NCBI GenBank assembly: GCA_040357565.1
Contig: JBDODJ010000011.1
DNA length: 64,000 nt
Source: Cercozoa sp. M6MM
Lineage: Eukaryota; Protista; Endomyxa: Ascetosporea
Strand: one strand, 5' to 3'
Position numbers and translations under genes: made by a program. Positions 14,234 through 26,442 of the stretch are shown one piece after another. The first letter of the stretch is position 1. Each line of letters begins with the position of its first letter. The notes beneath the pieces were generated by a model. The model was not told the DNA's origin. It searched no databases and saw only the letters and a list, made by a program, of their open reading frames with translations.

Positions 14234-15975
14234 ATGGCTGATCTGACACTCCGAGAGCAAATGGAAAACCTCGAAGATCCGCGACTGGGCGCTTGGCGTA
14301 CGTGTTTCTCCTGATCACTGACCACGGGGAAGGTCTACACGATGCACAGTGGACGCACTGCGAGAGTGTGACGTCGCAGTGCGTCAGTTTCCACAGTCGG
14401 CGCGTATCGTGGGCTTTGAATGCGACGAGGTAGTTGCCGATGGAGTTGCAAGATTGATTGGGTAGTCGTCTTTTTGTGGGGTGCAGGGCACGGTGAGAAA
14501 CGGAGGCCGCGCAGGGTAGTTCCGACTTTAATAAACTAATGTCAATTTGAAGCTAATGCGAGAGACTGCAGAGGTGCTGGAGCGTACAAGGTGTTCGAAG
14601 AGCACCTGCGCAAGGTGAGTCTTGCTCTCTGTCTTGTGTGTCGAAAGAAGGCTGCTTCTGTGCGATGGTAAGACAGGTGGGACCCGTGTTCAACGCACTA
14701 TCGAACGCCGACTTAACCCAGGTGCATCTGAGTCTGGGCGGCACTGCAACAGGACCGCTGGAACAGGCGCACGAGTCGCTGCAGTCGCTGGTGCGGCAGG
14801 CACTCGACAAGGCCAATGTGGCCATCGTGGTACTTGTGCTTTAACCCCCCCCCCTTGACTATTTGTTTTGTGTCCCCTCTCTCCTTACACGCTCTCTTCA
14901 CAGGTCGGCGGCGACAACAGTCAGAGCTACGAAAACTACCGCGCTCTGGCCGACACCTACCGACGTGCGAAGATCGGTACCAGAGTGACCACATCAGAGT
15001 GACCACATAGTCAACCTTATTGCGATTGCTTGTGCAGGTGTCGTCAATATCGATGCGCATCTCGACGTGCGGCCGCTCAACGATGGCGCCAAACACTCCG
15101 GCTCGCCGTTCCGCTGCATGTACTACCTCGTGTGCCTCGTGGCCCCATTTGTTTCCTTTGCTGCCCTTGCTTCTGTTTGTCCCACTTTGACTTCTTCTAT
15201 TTCTTTGCTGCCATGCACCACTTTGGCCTTGACCCTTTACCCATCTGTGTTTCCTTCCTCGTCCTTCCTTTTTCGATTGATCTCCTCGATACGGTCAGGC
15301 TGGAGGATGCCGAGTTTGAGGACTCCGAGTCGATTTTCGTCGAGTTCGCGGCGCAGGCGCAGCAGTGCTCACGCAAACACGTGCAGTACGTGGTACACTC
15401 TTTCGTTCTTGCCCGTCGGACCTACCTTGCATCCCTCTGTCACTGTGTACGTAGAAGGACAAGAAGCAGCACGTGTACTTTCTGAGCGAGCTCTTGTGCT
15501 GCTCCTCGATCGAACGCGTCGACAGGTACCTGGCCTGTGTCTAGCGTTCTATCGAGTCAGAGATACCTTTCGCACGTGCACAGTGACATGACACCGTGGC
15601 CCAGTTCGACGCCAATGGCAGCACGCTTCGAGAAACTTGTGGTACCTCTGTTCAGGTATCGTCGTACATTAGAGACAACGCATAATGCCGCTCCAGTTGG
15701 AGAGGTTCGACAACGCGCGTTGCGACGCCGTGTTCGTCTCATTCGACATCGATTCGATCCGATCGGCCGACTGTCCGGGCGTGTCTTGCCCGGCACCTGT
15801 AGGCCTCTCGGCTGACGATGCCATGCGCATCTGTTTCTTGGCCGGACGGCACCCGCGCGTGCAGCTGCTTGACGTCTCTGAATTCAATCCAGCCGTCGAA
15901 GACTACCGCACGGGCCGACTCGTGGCTTGCATGGTCTATGCCTTCCTGTGCGGCCTCGCCATGCGCCAGCGCTGA
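14234..15975 (+). CDS. Formiminoglutamase / arginase-family ureohydrolase (HutG-like)
   Basis: MADLTLREQMENLEDPRLG…GFECDEGTVRNGGRAG…GGDNSQSY…VNIDAHLDVRP…HSGSPFR…FVSFDIDSI…PGVSCPAPVGL…DVSEFNPAVED. Confidence 0.9.
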
Positions 15976-16120
15976 TTCGACGGATTTGGATTGTCTCAGT
16001 ATGTGTGTTCCCTGAGGCGTGTACACAACTAGTTACGGCATAGCGTTTCTCAAGCAATTGTCATCTGACGGAGCTCTTGTCCCTTTTGCACTTGTAACTT
16101 TCCGCCGTGGTGGTGGTTTT

Positions 16121-17189
16121 TCAATCGCCATCGACAAGCCTCCGAGCTTCCGACAACCTTTTCTACAAGGCGTCTTTTTACCGCAGCCTTTCAGAAATTG
16201 AGGCTTTGGTAGTGCAAAAGAGTACTATGCCAGGAAAAAGACACAAACTATTGGAATCGACGCGAAGAAGAATCTGACTGCGGCGATGCATGTGCACAAA
16301 GATTGCACGAACTGTTCGCTTGTGACGCCGAGTCTTCAATACCTTAGCTACTGGTTTCCATACCGTAACATTTACGTTACGTTCAGCTTCTGCAAGGCAA
16401 GCTTGCGCACGACCAACGCTCCAGAAATTAAATATGATCATGTGCAGTCGTATGGCGCGTGTCGATGGCGAATAAGCCCAATCGAATAATACGAGAAACG
16501 AGTTACTACAAATTCCACACACGGTTTATCCGGCAGCGAAAAGCCAAAAAAGGAACATTGCTAGAATTTGCACCGGTGGCTGTGCTGTCGGTGTTCGATG
16601 CGGCTGCACGAGGGCCTTAAGGCCTACGACCCACTGGTGACACTCGTGCGGATTGGCCGCTCGAAACACGTAAACTCGCTTGCTACACCGATGACACAAA
16701 TTGCGGAACGAGCATTCTGTCCCAAAAAACGGCACTACCTGGTGTGCACATCGAATCGGCAACCAATCGGCTTCTTTGCTCGCACATAGACGACGTCAGA
16801 AATGTCAACGAACGGGATTCGACCGCACTCTTCCAATTCGCTGTCATCCTGCGGTGTCTGTGAAGGTGGCATGAAGTACACGAGTCCCGACGGCGCCACT
16901 GCTCCGCCTGCAATCACGAACCGCTTCTTCCAAATTCGCTTCACGACTCCGCGCGGATTCTACAAACAGCACAAAAACAGTCGAAAATCAGACTAGCTCG
17001 CATTTCCGCACCGGTTGTTAGCACCTTTTTGTAGATAAAACCGCGGATCTCCTTTGGCGACTCCGACGCACCGTTTTCCGGTGACTGCGCACCAGGAACG
17101 CTCACAAACTGTCATGTACCCAGGTGCGAGAGCCGAGGTACCTGCAAGGATGATGGTGCATCACTTGTGCTGCCGCTCGGCGAGGACAT
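16121..17189 (-). CDS. PH-domain protein
   Basis: EIRGFIYKKNPRGVVKRIWKKRFVI…GRIPFVDI…RFDVHT…RVYVFRAANPHECHQWVVGL; 3' end approximate. Confidence 0.85.
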
Positions 17190-17502
17190 GTGCCCGCGAC
17201 TGCTGAACTCGGTTTGTGTTTCCTGATCAGATGGCAATGTAAAACAAAATGGAGCACACGAACGAGTGATCACACGTGCTCGAGCGTTTCTACAACGATA
17301 TTAAGCACACCACGCACAGACCGTTAGCACAGTCGCACGATCAACAGGAGCGCACTCACTCTCTGACACTGCGGCAACAGGGTTCTCACACTCGTATGCT
17401 GTCAGTCTTGTCCAAAACCGACGTGCTTGGACCACGAAAAGTTAAATAACTTAGTGAACAGGAGGTTCAAGGACAGTTCTATCTAAGCGCTAGTGTGTGC
17501 TT

Positions 17503-18335
17503 ATGAATTTGAGAATGCTGCAGAGAGCTCGTAGTGTCGCGCAGCGACTTACCTACGGTACGCTGAGCGCGCCAAAGGCAGCGCCAAGCTACGGCTTCTT
17601 TGCGTGCGGCAGCAACGAGCACGGCCGCCTGGCGCTGGGTGACGAAACGGCGCGCGATGGTGAGTCACCGAAATAGTGCGTCTTGCACAGGCGCATTCTT
17701 TGATGTGTGTGGCAGTGTTGTGCCGCATCGGGTCGCCGGTGCACGGAGAGTACATTACACAGGTGGCACTGACGCCGGTGCACACGCTGCTGCTGCTGAG
17801 CAACGGAGACGTGTACGCGTGCGGCAGCAACATCTCCTCGCAGCTCGGTGTCGAGTCGGTACTCTCGGAAGCAGGCTCACTGAGGACGACACACGGATAG
17901 CACGCGTGCTGTGTGCTGTGTGGGTAGGACAAGACGATCACGCCGACACTGGTCGCTGCGCTGGCAAAAGAGAAGATCGTGCATGTGTGCGCCTCGTCGG
18001 AAGCTTCGTTTGCGGTGACTGACGACGGCCGCGTGTACTCGTGGGGTACCCTCTCTCTTCTTTCTCTGCTACTTATGCACCTATCACCTTGTACCTCCCT
18101 CCTGTTAGGCACGGGTATCCTGGTGGGTGCTGAGCCAGATACGGCCCGACCGGAGCCGAGACGACTCCTTCTGCCGGAAGGAGTGCGTATCAATCGGTAC
18201 AGATCTCGCTCTGTCCTGTGCTGTTCTGTAGCCACCTTGTGTTACTTTGCAGAGTGCTGTGCAATGACTACTTAGCTGTATTTGAGGACACGGAGCGCAA
18301 GTACTACGCCGTGGGTGTGTCTCCACATGCTACCC
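17503..18335 (+). CDS. RCC1-repeat protein (possibly mitochondrial RCC1L-like), truncated by assembly gap
   Basis: Arg-rich N-terminus MLQRARSVAQRL, then FACGSNEHGRLALGD, HTLLLLSNGDVYACGSNISSQLG, SFAVTDDGRVYSWG. Confidence 0.85.
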
Positions 18336-18445
18336 CCCCCCCCCCNNNNNNNNNNNNNNNNNNNNNNNNNNNNNNNNNNNNNNNNNNNNNNNNNNNNNNN
18401 NNNNNNNNNNNNNNNNNNNNNNNNNNNNNNNNNNNNNNNNNNNNN

Positions 18446-18652
18446 GGGGGGGGGGGGTATAGGGGGTACGGAAGGGTCAGGGGGATAAGAAGGGGCAAAC
18501 AGGGGGGGGGGGGGTAAACAGGGGAGTAAACAGGGGGTAAAAAGTGGTAAACAGGGGGGTAAAGTGGGGGGTAAACAGGGGGGTATAAAGGGTGGTAAGA
18601 GCGGACCGGGGGGAGGGGTAACACAGGGGGGTAAGGGGGGGGGGGGTAAACC
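18446..18652. repeat. G-rich GnTAAACA-type minisatellite (intronic)
   Basis: Tandem GGGGGTAAACA-like units; related arrays in many other introns. Confidence 0.9.
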
Positions 18653-18655
18653 TGT

Positions 18656-20948
18656 GTGAGCAGCGACATCTACCTGCACACGGAGGCGCACGGCGGCAGC
18701 AGCGTGCTGGTCAAGCTGCCGGTCGGAACGACGTTGCCGCCGCCGTCCTCGCTGCTGCAGGCCGCGCAGTTCTGCGCCTCTCGCTCATCCGCGTGGAAGA
18801 ACCGCGCGCTGACCAATGTCTTCTGGGTGCATGCCAATCAGGTCATACACATCTACCCCCTCTCTCCCCTGTAGTCTGTACCCTTATTCCCTCCCCCTGC
18901 AGGTCAGCAAGAGTGCGCAGTCGGGTCAGTACCTACCGACAGGTAGCCATAGTAGTCCCCAACAAGCATGTTCGGAGAAACAAGGTTGGTGTGGACAGGC
19001 AGTTTCGTGATTCGTGGCAAGCGGCACTTTCTGCCGGCGCCGCAGCTTGTAGCCTGTTTTACCCCCCTTTCCCCCTTGACCCCTCCCCTTACCCTCTCCC
19101 TTTACCCCCTTGACCCCTCCCCCTACCCCTCTCCCTTTACCCCCTCTACCCCTCCCTTTACCCCCTCTACCCTCCGCCCTCTACCCCCAGGTGATGGGCG
19201 CCTGCGTCATGTTCAAGGTGTCGCGGCAGAGTTGGCAGAAACACCACCGTCACGAGCGACAAACCGACGCTGATGTACCGCTCTTTCGCTAAGGGGCAGT
19301 GTTGATTAAGGGGGCTTTATTAGTTAAAGGGGCTTTATTCAAGGGGCTTTTTCTAGGGGCTTTATTAATAGGGTTTTCTTAAAGTGGCTTTGTTTAATAG
19401 GGTTTTCTTACAGGGGCTTTTTGCTAAAGGGGCTTTGTTACAGAGGGTTTGTTACAGGGGGCTTTTTGTTAAAGGGGCTTTGTTACAGGGGCTTTATTTA
19501 AGGGGCTTTGTTACAGGGCTTTATTTAAGGGGCCGGTGATGTGTTGCGTTGCAGAAGGCGGCCGAGATGCGCGCGGCCATCGACGCGGCGCAGAAGAAAC
19601 GCGAAGAGGAGGACAAGAAGTGAGACTGCTGCTTTGCCCCCCTGTTTACCCCCCTGTTTACCCCCTATTTACCCCCCTATTTCGCCCTTTGTGTGAAGGT
19701 TCCGCGAGCGTTTCTCGCATCTCGGCTTCGAGGACGAGGACGACGAGGCTCTGGAGGAGGTAGCCACGTGTTTCATTTTGTGGGGTCATTTTGGACTGGG
19801 GACTGGACTGGACTGGACTGGACTGGACTGGACTGGACTGGACTGGACTGGACTGGACTGAGCTGGACAAGTTTGTTGCGTGACAGCACCAGGTGGCAGC
19901 GCCGAGCAAGGCACCGCGCTCGCAGCAGCAGCGTTCGAAAAACCGTCGCAACAAAAAGAAACAAGAAAAGGCGGCCAAGAAACACGAGAAGCAACTCGAG
20001 GTATCAGCTGCTTTCGTTTTTGGTTTTTTGGTTTTTCCGGTGTGTCCGCGCGGAACGTACTCGCTTGGTTTCAGTCATCAAAGAGCAGCGACAACGCTCT
20101 GCCGCGCGGTCGCAAGCAGAAGTTGCGTCGTCTGCAGAAGAAGCAGCGTGGCAAGGAACTCTTCGAGGACGTACGTTTCTTGACTCTTGACTTGCGACTT
20201 TGTGTGACCCGTGACTGGTGTGACCCGTGACTTGTGTGACCCGTGACTTGTGTGACCCGTGACTTGCTGTGACCCGTGACTTGTTGTGACTTGACTTTTG
20301 AGTTGTCGCTTTTCACTATTTGGGCTTTTGACTTTTGAGTTTCGATTGACTGAACTTTGACTTGACTTGTTGACTTGTGCACGTTTTGATTTGTGATTTC
20401 ACTTGAGTTTTGGTTTGTGAACTTTGGTTTGACTTGACTTGAGCGTTGGCTTGACTTGAACTTTGACTTGTGAACTTTGACTTGTGAACTTTGACTTGCG
20501 AACTTTGACTTGACCTGGGCGAGGTTTGACCCGACTGGACAGGTGGACGAGGAGGAACGCGAGCTGCGACACCGACTGCTTGGCACGCGCGATGTGTCGC
20601 TGACGCCGAGTGCACTCACGGACAGCAGCGCCGAGGGGAAGGACAGCACGCCTGTTGAGAAGGAGGAGGACACAGAGTCTCGTGTTGATGACGACAGGAA
20701 CGAGGAGAACGAAGAGGGTCAGGACATTGCGCAGGCTGCACTTCAGGTATGTGATCGATGTCCTTGTTTTGTGTTGCTTGCCTGTGGTCTATGCTCACTT
20801 CTGCAGGCGCAACAAGAGCGTCAGAAGCAGCACGAGGTCGCTCTAAAGGACGACACTGCACTCTCGCTCGAACGACAGGAACTCCAGCGACAGCAGTCCG
20901 ATGCGTACCTTTCATTTCTGACTCTACACATACACATGTGTGTGTGTA

Positions 20949-21007
<59 letters not shown>

Positions 21008-21491
21008 TTGTCTGTGTGTTGGGTACAGTCAAGCAGACGAAGCAACCAAAAACGACGCCTGGCATTACTTCACGGGTACGTTCTACTCGATGCGTTTCTT
21101 GTTCTTGTTGATAGCGACTGCTGGAGAGTAGGCTCGCCGCACGAGGACGACGAAATCGAGTATGCTATTCCGATGGTGGCGCCCTACGCTCTCATGGAGC
21201 AGTTCAAGTACAAGGTCAAACTGACACCTGGTGCCACTCGTCGTGGCAAGGCTGCCAAGCACATCTGTACCCTCATCTGTGTCTGTGTGTAGGACGGTTC
21301 CCTACCGTAGTTCTCTATGTGTGTGTCTGTGTGACTCTGTGCGTGCAGTGAACATTGTGTGCGCACACGGCGAAGCCAGCGAGGAGGAGATCGACCTGAT
21401 CAAGGCCATCCAGCAGCAGGAGTGGCTGCACTGCCTGCCGGCCGACACCAAGGTGACCGCGCCCGCCACGCACGGAAAGCGACGTCGGTAG
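18656..21491 (+). CDS. NEMF: NEMF/Rqc2 ribosome quality-control factor, 3' half (5' half lost in gap)
   Basis: NFACT-R-like DIYLHTEAHGGSSV…SAW…[48 protein letters not shown]; C-terminal domain AIPMVAPY…KYKVKLTPGATRRGKAAK. Confidence 0.92.
19290..19535. repeat. GGGGCTTT(A/G)TT-type minisatellite in NEMF intron
   Basis: Direct inspection. Confidence 0.9.
19792..19868. repeat. (GGACT)n pentamer repeat in NEMF intron
   Basis: Direct inspection. Confidence 0.95.
20180..20520. repeat. TGTGACCCGTGACT / (TTGAC)n degenerate repeat in NEMF intron
   Basis: Direct inspection. Confidence 0.9.
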
Positions 21492-22056
21492 ACGGGATTA
21501 AGTACTCTAGTCGCCAGTCTACGTTTTTTAGAAACTCCAATCGCATAACGTTGATTCATGCTGCCCGGGGAAACAGAGTTTGGGATTTGAATGCGACACC
21601 CACTACAGATGACTGTATTGGGACGACAATTTTCATTTAGGCCTTGTACAGACAGGACGTTTAAAAGCGGAATTGGACTCTATGTACCGATTACTTCAGC
21701 AACTAATAAAATATGTTCAACTAGAATGTCCGCTGCCTGCACCAATACGGAATAAAACCCAGATGTCCGCCCTGGCCGTCGGGGCGGAAAACAAAAAAGA
21801 AAATTCAAGTCCGAACAAATACTAACTTCACTGACTACAATAGCACATAAACTAGTGTGACACACTACTGAGCACGTTTAGTGGTTTAATCAAGGTACTT
21901 TGGGGCAAGCTGTGATCATTTCCTCGGCCACCCGAAAGGGGTGGTTTTCCCCCTATCCCCAGGTCTACGAGCATTCTATTCGGAGAATGTGTTTTTTCTG
22001 GTGGAAACTTTGGTGCTTTTTTGGGTAAGCTTGTCCTTTCTGTGTAGTGTCGAAAC

Positions 22057-23147
22057 ATGGGACGCTCGCAGAGTTCGCAACTCGGCACACCAGTAGTGTT
22101 GCACGTGTATGATCTGACACCTGCGAATGACTGGATGTACCCGATTGGTCTTGGTGCTTACCACAGGTACATTGTGACTTTCTAAGTGTATAATGGCGAA
22201 AAGAAGTGTCTGAGTAGTGGCGTTGCCATTAACGGTCGCGAGTACTGTTACGGTGGCTCACCGGGCAGTGGCAGCACTGGAGTTGGATCACACACGCCTC
22301 TGGACCCGCCTGGTTCTTTCTCCTTCCGTGTTTCATCCAAGTTCCGAAATGGTTCTTTTCTTTTGACACAGGCAGTGACACGGCTTATGTGCGCTTCCGT
22401 GCCGCCATTGACATAGGCAGAACTCTGTTCGATCAGCGAGGTAGTTTACTCACTTATAGATGCTTTTGGCCGAAACGCGCTCTAATTTTGCAGGAATCGA
22501 CGCCGTGATTGACGAGTTATCGCGCGAATTTATTGCTGGTACAGCTTCAAGCTGGGTTTTGTGTTCAAGGCCAGAGTCGAAAGTGACAAGATCATTGCTT
22601 TCCAGGTGACTACAATGTGCTTCGACAGAACTGCAACTCGTTTAGTGACGCCTTGTGCCGACGTCTCGTGTAAGTTGCTGTCCGCGCGGAGATGAAAATG
22701 TCATTTTTTGTGTTGTCAGAGACCGAGGAATTCCACGATACGTGAATCGTGCCGCCTGGTGGGGTCAATGTTGCGAGTGCTGCATTCCTGAAAGCGAGCA
22801 GCAGCAGCAGCAGCAGCAACCACAGAGACCACAATTTATCGCTTTCACTGGTGAAGGGCATCGGCTGAACAGCAATGGTACTCTCAATCTGTGGCACTCT
22901 TGAAAGTCTGACTTAAGCACGCGATTCGCAGACAATAACAGCAAAACGAGCAGCAGCGGCAACACTGACGCTCTGGAACGAAGGTGCTTTGCAGTTACCA
23001 GCCTGTTTTACAGAAACTGTGACACATCGTTTGGCTTTCATTTGTGGCAGACGCCTGATTGCCGAGGCGACTGAACGCCGCTTGCGGCAGCAGCAGCAGC
23101 AGCAGCAGCATGATGCTCACGCACCTGCCACAATCGCGTTGGATTAG
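22057..23147 (+). CDS. DeSI/PPPDE family deSUMOylating/deubiquitinating isopeptidase
   Basis: PVVLHVYDLTPANDWMYPIGLGAYHSGVAINGREYCYGG…YNVLRQNCNSFSDALCRRL…IPRYVNRAA (catalytic His and NCN). Confidence 0.92.
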
Positions 23148-23282
23148 TCAAGCTTGCTCGAGTTCGCGGAGACGTATTTAATTTTTTTGTGAATTAAATA
23201 AACGAAATGTTCGGATGCATCGACCCAACGTCGATCGAACGGAACGAACAGAAAACGACGGGGAGAGACAGAACGCGGCAGC

Positions 23283-26200
23283 TTACAGAGCGAGGTTCTC
23301 GAGATCGACGGCGACATCGGCCGGCGCGGCCTTCTTGTGCTTCTTGGACTTCTTGGACTGCTCAGGACACACACACACATCTGTGAAACTGTCGCAGTTG
23401 TTGTTACAAGGCGCAGTACCTTCTTCGACTTCTTCTTCTTCTTCTCGGCGCCCAGGTCGTCGTCGAAGAGGAAGGAGTGCTGGGGAATGTCCTCCTGCGT
23501 GGGGGGACAACATGGGATCAGACGAGAAGGGACAGAAAATAAAGTGGCGTACCGGAGCGCACTTGAAGACGACGCGCACCATGAAGTTCATCTTGACCAT
23601 GGCAGCGTCCTCCGACGGCAGCAGGATCGGCAGGCCCAATTGCTGCAACAAATGGGGTCAAGTGGAAACATGCGCGCGAGGGGGGGGGGGGCAAAGCAAC
23701 TACCTGCGAGCCCTGCAGATCAAAGTCCATCTTGCGGTGCAGCAGCGTGTAGGGACCCTCAAACACACGGCCCTCGGTAGCGGCCTATACGTGTACATAT
23801 TGAGATATACAGGTGGGAGGGGGTAAAACTACAACATACCGTGCGGAACGACTCATCGGCCTCCTCCGTCAGCTTGTCCTCCTGTCACAGGGGGGTAAAA
23901 AGGGAGGGGGATAGGAGAGGGTGTACATACCGACATCTGCGTGATGTCGTAGCACTCGACCTGCTGCACGTAGTCGAGGTCATCAGGTGTCCACTGCGAC
24001 ACACAAGAAACGCATCAGTCAGTCGGTCACATCAGTCAGTCGGTCACATCAGTCAGTCACACGTGTCAACTGGGAGTGAAACGTACCTGCTCGGGCGTCT
24101 TTCCGGCTTGCATAGCCTCTACACAGCACGGGGTACGGAGGGGGTCAAAGGGGGGGGGGGGGCCAAAAACCTACCCTCCTTGGGCACCGGGTTCATCGTG
24201 TCGCCGTTGAGAACGATACGCGCGGCGTCCTCGGCACCTGTCCAATTGTCCGTCGTCCAGTTGTCCCGTACATATGTCCAGGGAAAGGAGGGTACCCTTG
24301 GAGCCCTTGGGCAGAATGGAGCCATGCAAAGTCATCGGCAGGTCGCTCACCGACTGCATCTGCGCGATGCCGCCCTACGCAGTCCCCACACAGGTCAACA
24401 CATGCCGATCATGATCGCAAGGCGATCACTCAGTGCTGACGACTTAGAGTGATCTCAGTGATGAGCACGTGTGTACCGTCAGCTTGACGCAGACGCGCAC
24501 TTGCTCGCGCAGCACGCGCTCCGGCACCGAAGGACCCACCTGCTGCCGCAGCTGCTGCAGCATCTGCTCGTCCGGCAGCTCCGCGTCCGTCCAGACCTGT
24601 CATTCACAAAGCTTACAGCGCAGGGGGGGGGGGTAAAGAGGGGGGTAAAACACAGCAAGCTACCTCGCCCGGCTTCTGCTCCTCGAGAATCGCGTCGGTG
24701 AGAACCTTGGCCTTCTCGGTGTCCTCACCACAGTCGACCGAACTAGGGGGGGGGGGGGGAAAAATTTACACAGGGGGGGGGGGGAAACATGAGAAAAGTA
24801 CACGAGACGCATCGCGATACGCTCGATCTCGTAGGAGCCTAGAGGGGGGGGGGCGGTAAAGAGTTAAGGCGATAAAGAGCCACATTACCGTACTTGAGCG
24901 TCTCCGGGGCCAGCACGTCCTCAGCACCAAGGCCTGTCCAGGGGGAGGTAAAAGCGTTGGGGTGGGGGTAAAGCAAGTCTACCAATAGGCTCCATCAGGA
25001 GAGGCGCACCCTCCATTTCGACCCCGCACAGCACACGCAGCAGGGCCTACGGGGAGGGGGGTAAAGGGTAAAGGGGGTAAAGGGTAGGGGGTAAAGGGTA
25101 GGGGGTAAAAAGAAAAAGCAAGGCTACCTGCGGGTTCGGCAGTGGCACAGGAGCACGCTGCACCTGCTGCATCATCATCATCCTGCACAGCGGGAGGGGG
25201 GGGGGGAAGTTTACAAACAAACACAGGAGAGCAAAAAAACTACATGTGCAGGAAGTCCTTCATCTCAACGCCCTGTTCACAAAGCATGGGGGTAAGGGAG
25301 AGGGTAGGGCAGGGGTAAAAGTAAGGGGAGGGGTAGGGGTAAAGGTAGGGGTAAAGTAAGGGGGGTAAGACTACCAGCTTGGCGCACTCGTCCCAGCGAC
25401 CGAGCGTCATGAGCGACACCAGGAAGCCGAGCTGCACCTGCGGCGGCAGCGACGACACATCCAGGTCCTTCGTCACTACGGGGGGGGCAAAGAGGAGGTG
25501 TAAAGAGCGAGGGGTAAAGGTAATAAAGAGGCTGGCTGGGGGGGGGGGTAAGACGGGGTAAGAGTTACCGCTGTCGATGACTTCGGAGATCTTGGCGCCG
25601 TCCTCGCAGCGAGCGACTGATCACAAACAAGCGTGTCTACCGAGGTACTGTAATTGTGACCACAGGCAGTACCCGTCTCGAGCAGCAGCATCGTCGACAT
25701 CATAAACTCCTGTCAAGACAGGTACTCATTATACACACCCTCCTACCCCTGTCCTAGATACCTCGTTCTGCGGGTTGCGCTTGTCGGCCGGAACGTTAGC
25801 GCGCACGTCCTGCAGCAGTCGCAGCACCTGTCACACAAAGGGGTTAAGGGGGCAGGGGTGGGGGAGGGGCAGGGCAAGGCTACAATGTCCATGTCCGACA
25901 CCGACTTGGCCAGCGCGTTCTCAAAAGCGTCGGCGTTGAGCTGGTCCGGCGCCATTACCTGTCACACACACACAGCTTGCTCCAAGAACAAGGCACCCTT
26001 AAATTCTAATCTCAGAGGTACCACAAGCTGGTGGTAGCTAAACACGAACTGAGCCGCCATCATGCGCTCCTATGCACACCATTCAATCACATCATTCAAT
26101 CACATCAGTCGATCACACACAAGGGCACCTCCTGGTTGTAGTTCGCGATCTCGTTGCTGGCAGCGTCGCGACGCACGCGCGACAGCATGCGGCCGATGCG

Positions 26201-26442
26201 CTCATTCTTGGGGTCCTGTTGGAAGCAGCAACACATCGAACACGCAACATGTCAAGCAGAGAAATACGAAAAACAAAACATGATGGCTACCTGCTGCAGC
26301 TGTTGGCCGGCGGCAGTCAGCAAAGCACGCAACTCGGGCTGCACACACGCACATGCACACGTCAGACGGAATTTGGGGGACGGATCGCGGATGGGTCACC
26401 CGCGCAGAAAAAACTCGCAAGCACGAAAATGCAAGTTACCAT
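23283..26442 (-). CDS. Hypothetical protein with ~25 very short exons and Lys-rich C-terminus
   Basis: ATG-only first exon, then M|PELRALLTAAGQQLQQ|DPKNERIGRML…LGFLVSLMTLGRWDECAKL…KKSKKHKKAAPADVAVDLENLAL*. GC-rich codon usage, canonical splice sites, no family recognised. Confidence 0.75.

Noticed and set aside
15470-15565. Recursive (zero-length exon) splice site CAG|GTACCT in the formiminoglutamase gene
   Set aside because: The upstream segment translates in frame (HVYFLSELL…VDR), so it is an ordinary exon-intron boundary.
18446-18652. Interstitial telomeric repeats or a CRISPR-like array
   Set aside because: The unit is GnTAAA, not a TTAGGG/TTTAGGG type; there is no repeat-spacer periodicity, and the context is eukaryotic.
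21900-21955. U1 or U3 snRNA (GAUCAUUUC, GGUGGUUUUCCC words)
   Set aside because: No ACUUACCUG 5' end, loop II or Sm site for U1; no boxes B/C/D for U3.
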